From contig JBHGNT010000851.1 in assembly GCA_043228905.1 (NCBI GenBank), positions 1 through 14,640 on the forward strand: DNA of 14,640 nt, in the 5' to 3' direction. Of the stretch, positions 1-7,602 are shown piece after piece. A program made the position numbers and the translations under genes. Below the pieces are notes generated by a model, which had not been told where the DNA came from, ran no database searches, and saw nothing but the letters and a program-made list of their open reading frames with translations. Numbering within the stretch: position 1 is the first letter of the stretch; each line of letters begins with the position of its first letter. The DNA comes from Azolla caroliniana. Its lineage: Eukaryota > Plantae > Polypodiophyta.

Positions 1-806
1 AACAGTACTGATGAGCAGACTCGGCCGAGGCCGATAGGCTGAGGCCGAAACCGGATGTGGAGTACCCGGCAACGGAAGACCCGATGAGAACCGGATGACG
101 AGTACCCGGCAAGGGCCGGATGGTGAAGACCCGGTGAGAACCGGATGTGGAGTACCCGGCAAGTGCCGGATAGTGAAGACCCGGTGAGAACCGGATGTGG
201 AGTACCCGGCATGAGCTGGATGGTGAAGACCCGGTGAGAACCGAATGTGGAGTACCCGGCAATGGAAGACCCGGTGAGAACCGGATGACGTGTGCCCGGC
301 AAGCACCGGATGATGCAGGCCCGGTGAGGAGTGCTCGTCGGATGAAGGGACATATTCGTAAATATGTTTTTGAGAGTCCATCGGGGCTATATCTGTAAAT
401 AGCCGAAAAGTCATATTAGTATAAATATGACTTAGGGCAAACTTTGTATGTGATGTTGTCATTCTTGTTGGCGCAAGACTAGAGAGCGCGTAACAGTGTA
501 CAGAGAGAGAGAGAGAGAGAGAGAGAGGAAGAGGTCGTTGCCTCTGTTGTAACCGCCGCCTGTAGCTAAGATCGAGAGCGCGAGGTCGTTGCCTCCGTGA
601 GCTCACTGTTGTAATCATTGTGATATAGTGATAGTTTGGAGTCTGTGGACTCTCGTGGTTTTTCCCTCTCAGGGTTTTCCACGTTAAACATCCTGTGTAC
701 TCTTCTCTCCTTTGTGTCGTGTTTTTTTTTCTTCCCCGTTTTCTGTGTTTGATTCTAAGCTCGGTTGTGGCCGAGCGGTGTTCATCGGAGCGTGTAGTTC
801 CTGACA
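1..806 (+). mobile_element. LTR, probably Ty1/Copia type (3' or solo LTR; left boundary not resolved)
   Basis: Tandem array at 51-330, TATAAATA at 420-427, (AG)n, GGGTTTTCCACG..AAA motif at ~670-688 typical of plant Copia U5 regions, T-rich tail ending ...CCTGACA at 806 exactly where a Gypsy RT reading frame is cut. No tRNA PBS follows. Confidence 0.7.
51..330 (+). repeat. Tandem array of six units (40,50,50,50,40,50 bp) in LTR U3
   Basis: Unit consensus CCGGATGTGGAGTACCCGGCAAGNGCCGGATGGTGAAGACCCGGTGAGAA; units start at 51, 91, 141, 191, 241, 281. Confidence 0.95.
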
Positions 807-923
807 CTTTATTGACCGGTTGCAGGTCCTGAATGAAGCGCAGTGTGTTGTTCTTCTTCAGCACAATAAACCATTGATTCGAATACGGGGCACTCGACGG
901 CTCGAGGATGCCCATCTCCACCT
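807..923 (-). pseudogene. Ty3/Gypsy reverse transcriptase N-terminal fragment
   Basis: Manual minus-strand translation KVEMGILEPSSAPYSNQWFIVLKKNNTLRFIQDLQPVNK matches the Gypsy RT start motif (GIIEPS.SPY.S..F.V.KK.G.LR...D...LN). Confidence 0.85.
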
Positions 924-1226
924 TCGGCGATCTGATGCATCGTCGGCCCAGTCGGCATCGGTGTAGCCGACTAGCTCTTCGGTTATACCATGTCGGTATA
1001 ACAGTCCCCGGTCCTTCGTGCCGCTCACATATCGCAAAATTCGATGCGCGCACAAATGATGCTCCATGGTCGGCTTCAGCATATATTGGTTGATCATGCC
1101 AACCGGATAACTGATGTCGGGTCAGGTGATTGTCAAATATATAGGGCTTTCGACGATTTGTTGGAACTACTTCTCATCGCAAGCCAGTCCAGAGTCGGGA
1201 CGGAGCTTCTGGTTCCAGTCCAAGGG
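924..1226 (-). pseudogene. Ty1/Copia RT C-terminus / RNase H start fragment
   Basis: PLDWNQKLRPDSGLACDEK*FQQIVESPIYLTIT*PDISYPVGMINQYM...HRILRYVSGT...LVGYTDADWADDASDRR; Copia motifs (YLT.TRPDI, RILRY..GT, GY.DADWA) with in-frame stops. Confidence 0.9.
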
Positions 1227-2395
1227 AAGGAGAGGTGTTGCTGACGGCGTATCACGAGAGTCCTTGGACTGGACACTGCAGGACATGGGCCACATTTGAA
1301 AAGATAAAGGAGAAGTATTGGTGTCCAGGGTTGTACCAGGATGTGCACCGATTCGTAACAACATGCGAAAGCTGTCAGATGCACTCCGCGATCCGACATC
1401 GAGACGAGTTGCACCCCGCACCCAACCTACCCGCCAACCATTCATTTCAAGTGGATGGTAGACTTATTGACGATGCCAATGGGGGTAGGCCAGATGCGGT
1501 ACCTGGTGCTTGCGTGGGAGGACTTGACGAACCAGGTGGAGTGTCACGCCCTATAGAACAAGACGATTGCGGCTATGTGCCGATTCCTGATCGAAGAGGT
1601 GGTATGCCGATACGGATGCTTAGGAAAAATAGTAGTTGACCAGGGAGAGCTGGATGCGCAAGAAGCCGAAGAGTTGTTGGACCGATTAGGGGTTAAGCTC
1701 TCCCTCACTACGGCGTACAACTCGGAGACTAACGAGAAGGTGGAGCGCGGGCACGGACTGATCGTAAAAGCATTGGTGCAGGCATGCGGAGGATAAGTCG
1801 GGAACTGGCCACGGCTTCTGCCTTAGCGTTATGGGCAAACTGAACTACGCATAGTTTGGTAATCAGGTTCATGCGGGCAGAGCTGATGTACGGATAGAAG
1901 TCGGTCATGCTGATTGACCGGACGATCTCCTCATGGGCCATGGTGGACTGGAGAGACGAGATGAGCCAGGAAGAGCTATTGGCGGCGCGGATTTGACAGC
2001 TCGAGCGAAGACCGGAGGACGTGGAGCGGTTAAAGGCGAAGCTGCATGCGGCAAGGGAAAGGAACAAAGGCCGGTTCGACCGAACGCACCGACTACGGCC
2101 GAAGAAGATCGAGGAAGGCGACTGGGTGCTGGTTTACGACAGCAACCTCGACAATCAGCACAAGGCGACGCGGAAGTTTGCGAGGAGGTGGTTCGGGCCC
2201 TACACCGTAACGAGCGCAAACGACGATGGTGCTTACCACCTTGCGGAGCACAATGGGACACGGATAGCAGTGCCGGTAGCCAAGAAGAGGATCAAGGCTT
2301 TCAAGAAGCGGCATGAAGACCAGACGGACCCGGGAAGCGAGGACGACGATGACAACCGGTTCGAAGCGGGTGAAGTTTCAGAGAGCGACGGGTGA
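1227..2395 (+). pseudogene. Ty3/Gypsy integrase (non-chromovirus, Phygy/Selgy-like), disrupted
   Basis: HHCC zinc finger (YHESPWTGH...CESCQ), core (WMVD, CRYGCLGKIVVDQGE, TTAYNSETNEKVERGH), GPY/F module (GDWVLVYD...RRWFGPY); several stops and frameshifts; stop at 2395, no chromodomain. Lineage name is from recalled similarity only. Confidence 0.9.
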
Positions 2396-2469
2396 ATACG
2401 AGCCGGGTTTCTCCAGCATTAGTTCCTCTCTGGCGCATGCCGGAGGATGTGCGGTTTGGTGGGGGTGCA

Positions 2470-3222
2470 TGTCGTGGAGGAAACCGGCCTTAGGTGGAAT
2501 CATGGAATTCGGCGCGTGAAAGGGCACTTACGCGTGTGCACTCAAACCAACATACTACACATAACTAGGAATAGGCCGGCGTGATGTGTATATCCTAGGA
2601 AGAATATATTAATAGGCTAGTAAATCGAAGCGGATCTCTGTCCGAAGGGACAGAGAATAAAAGTGATGTGACTAGGATGTAACGGTCCTTGCCCGGCGGC
2701 CTATAAAAGGAAGCGGAGGAGACTGAAAATGTTTCTTTTTTTTGGGGGGGGGAGGGGGGAGGAAGAGGTGTTGTCGGACTGGGAACCGAGCTCTCTCCTC
2801 CTCGATCGTTGTTTTCTGCAAGATTTCTGAGTCGGTTGCCTCTGCTTTGAGGAAAGCCCGTGTGCTTTCCGGCAAAGGCTCTACTGTGTATGTGCGTGGG
2901 TGCGTGATTGTTTGGTTTGGGTCTATTGTCGGTTATCTGGCGGTAATCTTGCAAGCACTGTAATCTTTACTATTATTGGAATCGAATCTCTTGTTCCCCT
3001 CTCTCTGTGTTTCTGTGAATCCCTATTTTACGTGAGTGCGTATCTTGTTCAAACAAGCATTGGTGATTCATTTAGCCGGCAACCATTGTCAGCTACAAAC
3101 GGGCCTAACTGACCCTACGCTTGCGTTCTTCTCCCGCTCTGCCTTCTTCTCTCTCTTGCTCCTCGATTTAGGGCCCCCGTGGTCCCGCCTTATTTCCTAC
3201 GCGAAAGCGGAACAACACCACA
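2470..3222 (+). mobile_element. 3' LTR of the Gypsy element (753 bp)
   Basis: Preceded by G-rich PPT-like GGTGGGGGTGCA; TGTCGTG...CACCACA (6/7 terminal inverted match); TATAAAA at 2702-2708; ends where the gag of element B is cut. Confidence 0.75.
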
Positions 3223-3503
3223 ATGTTCCATCGAATTTCATGGGAAGGCCGATCTTGGGTTCTCTTATGAATCCCTTGTGTATTGGGTCCTTGTTGTTGC
3301 ATCGCTACTAAGGTTGCTTCGAGTTGTTGCACGTGTACCACTAGTTCCCCATGTTGTTGTTGCGTCTACTGCTTTTCTAAGGAGATTTGTTGAAGATCCC
3401 CCAACGATCAGTGATTTTCTTGTTCCAAAACAAGGAACTTCTCTTTCAAGCATTGCAGCTCTGAGAAAACGGATTGATATTCTTGAGCGCTAACAGTGGC
3501 CGT
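3223..3503 (-). pseudogene. gag N-terminus of Tcn1/Tf1-like chromovirus element B
   Basis: SAQEYQSVFSELQCLKEKFLVLEQEN...QQLEATLVAMQQQG...EPKIGLPMKFDGT; start mutated to ACG relative to element C; stops and frameshift; truncated by the Gypsy LTR. Confidence 0.8.
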
Positions 3504-3600
3504 AGTATGAGAGAAAAGAGGAATAAGAGATTACTTTGAAGGGAGGGAGAAGTAAGAAGATAAAGGAAGAGAAGGAAGGAGAGGCAAAATCGGTTCAAAC

Positions 3601-4053
3601 TGTCAGGAGCAATACTAAGACAGAGAAGTATTGTCAAGAAAAGTACTAAAATAGAGAATGAATTAGTACTAAAAGATGAGGATTAGTACTAAGGGAGGTG
3701 TTGAACTCTCGAGAGAAGGAGAGAGTGCGTGAGAGAGAGAGAGCGAGAGAGAGAATGAGGATAACAAAATATATATATTATGTTAAGGGAATATACAATA
3801 GTAGCTAAGAGGCTTAAGACTGGCGTTGAACCGATTTGGTTCGAAATAATGCCTTGTGCCTCCTTTTATAGTGTTCTCAGGAGTACTCCTGAAGTTTCTA
3901 GAATGTTTCAGAGAAATTTGGAATATATATCAATTTTCTATAGTAAAACTTAAATGAAAATAATATCTTTTGTATTACAATACATAGCCTAATGGTAAGA
4001 GCTCGACCTATGTAATATAAGGTCATGGGTTCGAGTCTTGCCATATCATGACA
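3601..4053 (-). mobile_element. 5' LTR of element B (453 bp)
   Basis: TGTCA...TGACA termini; minus-strand TATAAAA at 3870-3864; colinear with 5737-6201; followed on minus strand by pyrimidine-rich leader and gag. Confidence 0.85.
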
Positions 4054-4721
4054 GTCGTGGAAGGGAACGAGTCGAACCCCAAGTTCGGCGCTCTTCCTAG
4101 TGGAATTCAAAAAGACGATTGTCACAATGGAGTGCTTGCGAAATCGCTTGGGATAACGAGGTGGGTTCGGGAAAGTTCAAGAGAAGATTCTTGACATTGC
4201 TCTAAAGCCCCCGTCGAAAGTGATTAGTTAAAGCTTGGTGAGTGTTGTACGTCATGGTCCTTCTCTCCAAATGTGGCCTCTAACTCGGCGAGGAAGGCAG
4301 GAAAGTCCTCCAATAGAGGTGACGAAGTTTCCACTAAAGGTGCAAACCAAGCTTAGGCCGAACCAAAGAGGAGGGTGCCCACTAGTCCAACTTGTTGAAG
4401 ACCATCTGCATAACGTTGAGGTTGTAACCAAATGATTAGGAGAATTTGGTTGATGAACCCCCAGAAATGTGACCTCGTTCCATCAAATTTTTCTGGGAGG
4501 CTAATCTTAGGTTCAAGAAAATGAGAAGAAGCTAGATCAGATGTTGGTAGAAGATTGGGCTCCGGGCAAGGTTGTCGTGGGACATTAGGCTCTATGGGTT
4601 GTGAGGATAGGGAGGCATCAACTTGAAGTTCTTGAAACGAATTCCGAAGGGCTTCATTTTTAAGTTGGAGTTGTTGTAAGGTTGTCATTATCGGGCTTAA
4701 GTCACAGGCTAGGTCGGACAT
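4054..4721 (-). pseudogene. gag of Tcn1/Tf1-like chromovirus element A (Retrotrans_gag / PEG10-RTL1-like)
   Basis: MSDLACD...EPKISLPEKFDGTRSHFWGFINQ...VGLVGTLLFGSA*AWFAPLVETSSPLLEDFPAFLAELEATFG, then after an apparent internal deletion NVKNLLLNFPEPTSLSQAISQALHCDNRLFEF; cut at 4054 by LTR B. Confidence 0.88.
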
Positions 4722-4771
4722 GGCTACGACTAATGAGAAGGAGACCTACGAGGATGGGAAGGTGAACAAAC

Positions 4772-5054
4772 TGTCACGAGTAGAAGATATACACAAGAGA
4801 GTAGAAGATAATCAAGGGCATGAGTTGATTAATTGAAAGACTCTGTAACTAGTGTTGTTCACCTTGATTGTAATCTAGGTGAACACACATATTTATACAA
4901 GTTCTAAGATGAATATCTCTAGAATATACCTAAGAAATATCTGTAGAATATAGCCGAGAAATATCTCTAGAATATACCATAGAACATTTCTAGAATATTT
5001 ATCTAATACTAAGTATTGGGTGTGTTATAAGTCGGAGGATCGGAGTCTATGACA
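4772..5054 (-). mobile_element. 5' LTR of element A (283 bp)
   Basis: TGTCA...TGACA termini; minus-strand TATAAATA at 4897-4890; 24-bp tandem repeats in U3; 50-bp leader to gag ATG at 4721. Confidence 0.88.
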
Positions 5055-5657
5055 CCCAGGGGATATCGGAGGCGAGTAGACGGAAATCTACAGCGTAAGT
5101 GGAGGCTGGATGATCACCTTAACGTAATCGTCGGATTTTGTTGATTGTCGTCCTTATGCTATCAGTATCTGCAAAACAAGCTTTAAACTCACATATAAAC
5201 TCTTCAAAATTATTTAGTAATGCAGAACTTTTTTCCAACAACGGAGCGAACCATGCCAAAGTTGAGCCGCTCAGTAACGTGCCTACTAGACCCACTCATG
5301 ATGCATCGGTGGGATATCGGGAAGGATGCATTTGAATGACTAATTGTACCTGATTAAGGAATCCTATGAATTGTGATCGTGTTCCATCGATTTTCATAGG
5401 AAGGCCGATCTTGGACTCTTTATGAATCCCTTGAGTACTTGATCCTTGTTGTTGCAATGCGACAATGGTTGCTTCAAGTTATTGCACGCATAACGTTAAC
5501 TCCCCATGTTGTTGTTGCACTTGCTGCTTTTCTAAAGAGATTGTTGAAGATCCCCCAACAGTCGTTGATTTTCTTGTTCCAATGCGACAAACCTTTCTTT
5601 CAAGCAATGCAGCTCCAAGAAAACTGATTGGTATTCTTCAGCACTAACAATTGCCAT
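5055..5657 (-). pseudogene. gag of Tcn1/Tf1-like element C (same family as B)
   Basis: MAIVSAEEYQSVFLELHCLKERF...ESKIGLPMKIDGTRSQFIGFLNQVQLVIQMHPSRYPTDAS*VGLVGTLLSGSTLAWFAPLLEKSSALLNNFEEF...TINKIRRLR*GDHPASTYAVDFRLLASDIP; cut at 5055 by LTR A. Confidence 0.88.
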
Positions 5658-5736
5658 TGTATTGGAGGAAGGAAGGATAAGAAGATTAGTAGGAAGGAAA
5701 GGAGGGATACGAAGCTGAAGGCAATTCGGTTCAAAC

Positions 5737-5837
5737 TGTCAGGGATAGTACTAGAGGCAAGGAGAATTAGTACTAAAGATAGAGGAGAAGAATGAGGATT
5801 AGTAATAAGAAGGGAAAGAGTGTGTGAGAACCACATG

Positions 5838-5886
<49 letters not shown>

Positions 5887-6201
5887 TGATGACAACAAAA
5901 AGTATATTATATTATATGAAGAAAGATATAAGAACAGCTAGGAGGCTTAAGACTAGCGTTCAATCGAATTGGTTCGGAATAATGCCTTATGCCTCTATTT
6001 GTAGTGTTGTCAAGATTACTCTTGAAGTTTCTAGAATGTTCCGGAGTAATCTAGAATATACATGAATTTCCTATAGAAATAATAAATGAAACTAATATTT
6101 TTTGTGTTACAATTCATGGTTTAATGGCAAGGGTTCAACCCATGTAACACCAGGTTATGGGTTCAAATCCCTTCGGAGCCATACCATGCCATATCATGAC
6201 A
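5737..6201 (-). mobile_element. 5' LTR of element C (465 bp)
   Basis: TGTCA...TGACA termini; diverged copy of 3601-4053; same AAAC|TGTCA inner junction as elements A and B; contains (GA)n at 5842-5883. Confidence 0.85.
6024..6066. promoter_or_regulatory. Heat-shock-element-like nGAAn array in LTR C U3
   Basis: GAAgtTTCtaGAAtgTTCcgGAGtaATCtaGAAtaTACatGAA: four perfect alternating pentamers then degenerate ones in register; homologous array at 3891-3938. Confidence 0.55.
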
Positions 6202-7583
6202 CTAAGGGTGGAATGATTAAGAGAATCACTAAATTAGTGATCCATGGATTTTCATCAAAAACCATGTCCAATGTTGTCGACCATGTTGTAAGTTGTGGCT
6301 CTACCTCTATGGCGAAACATAATAATGAGACGCAAATGAGTAATAGATTAAGGGTGTTGAATCACACATACCATCCCCGAGTGAAGGACACAAGACCAAT
6401 CTAAAATATCATTAGTGTCCCATATGCTGAATATTACCTTATGGTATACCTTGGGTATTGAATAAAGGATTCAAAGAAGAGAGCTTATCAACATCTCAAG
6501 GTGCCCATAAGGCTATGCTTATAACAAACTCTATTTCAATTTGTGCATATGTATATCTATTTGAATACATGTGTGCAATCTATGCATTGATAGCTACCAA
6601 CTTTATACATATTTAATATTGATGCAACAACAAATTCGAGTTACCAATCATCTCTTGATGTATTCTGAAGAATGAATTTCTTATTGTTTGAGCCTTGGAG
6701 AGGTATGTATTATTATAATTCAAGAAAGGAATTGAAGAGGTATATATTATGGGGTGTTTGCATACTGCAAGGGGATAAAGTCCAAAGCTTCCAACATTTT
6801 TATTTAAAAAATTTCACATATTTCATGAGTCATGCATCTTATGTGTGTCTTAACTATTTCCAATGCAAAATGGCCTTTACCCTCTTCAAATCTACCTATA
6901 ATATTCAAATAACTTTGGGCACTTTGTTCCCGAAATCAAGTTTTGATAATTATTTACAACCTATTGTACAAGGAAGGGTATATGCTTGATATTTTTTTAT
7001 AACATATTATATAAGAATGTCTATATGCTTTTTGACAAGATATGTGATAAAAAATCAATATGGAACCAACCCTTACAAAATAAGTGTTCATATGTGTGCA
7101 CACATGCAAATACATGAGCATAGAAATATCTTCAAGTATTAGTGATTTAAGATTATGGCTTAGAGAATACATGAATATTATCCTCGATTCATATTAATCA
7201 GAACAAAGATAAAAATCGTAGGATGAGGGAAGTTTTTCAAAACTGTAAGAACAAAAAAGTAGATAAGTTTGTTTGGATTTATAAACCAAATATTAATTCA
7301 TGGGTTTTTAAACATTATATAATTCGTGTGTTTGACTTGTATCTTGGTGTTTGTCTTTGGCTCTTCTTTTTCGGTTGAGCCTCTTGTGATTTCTTTATGC
7401 CATAATCATAAAGTTCAATGCTCATTTTGTAGATGATAAGTCGCAACCATGCATATTGCTTAAAACTTATTCCAAACAAATATGTAGATTCATTAAATAT
7501 ATCGTGATAGTTTAATGGCAAGTATACCTATAATGTGTGCATCGTGGACAATGGAAACAATTGTATGTTCTGTCAAAGTAACC

Positions 7584-7602
7584 AGATTCATTGAATCTAT
7601 AC
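7584..7602 (+). promoter_or_regulatory. UPE-box-like (SLIM1/EIL-type) palindrome
   Basis: AGATTCATTGAATCTATAC versus recalled consensus AG[G/A]T[T/A]CATTGAA[T/C]CT[A/G]GAC; about 3.5 kb upstream of a sulfate transporter. Confidence 0.45.

Noticed and set aside
9-20. TGATGAG at 9 as start of the first LTR
   Set aside because: Left flank AGTAC does not match right flank CTTTA and terminal inverted match is only TG/CA; boundary left unresolved.
51-330. CRISPR-like array or real protein from ORF 195-398
   Set aside because: No unique spacers; contiguous tandem units in a eukaryotic LTR. The ORF is a by-product of the repeat.
3978-4050. Functional tRNA gene
   Set aside because: A/B boxes are present but acceptor, anticodon and T stems do not pair convincingly; kept only as a tRNA-like module.
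4054-4721. Domesticated PEG10/RTL1-like gag gene
   Set aside because: In-frame stops, an internal deletion, truncation and an attached LTR show it is a dead element.
3224-6201. 3224-4053 and 5380-6201 as the paired LTRs of one element
   Set aside because: The shared block includes leader and gag as well as the LTR, gag C continues past 5380, the copies are clearly diverged, and there is no TSD or PPT. They are 5' ends of two separate insertions.
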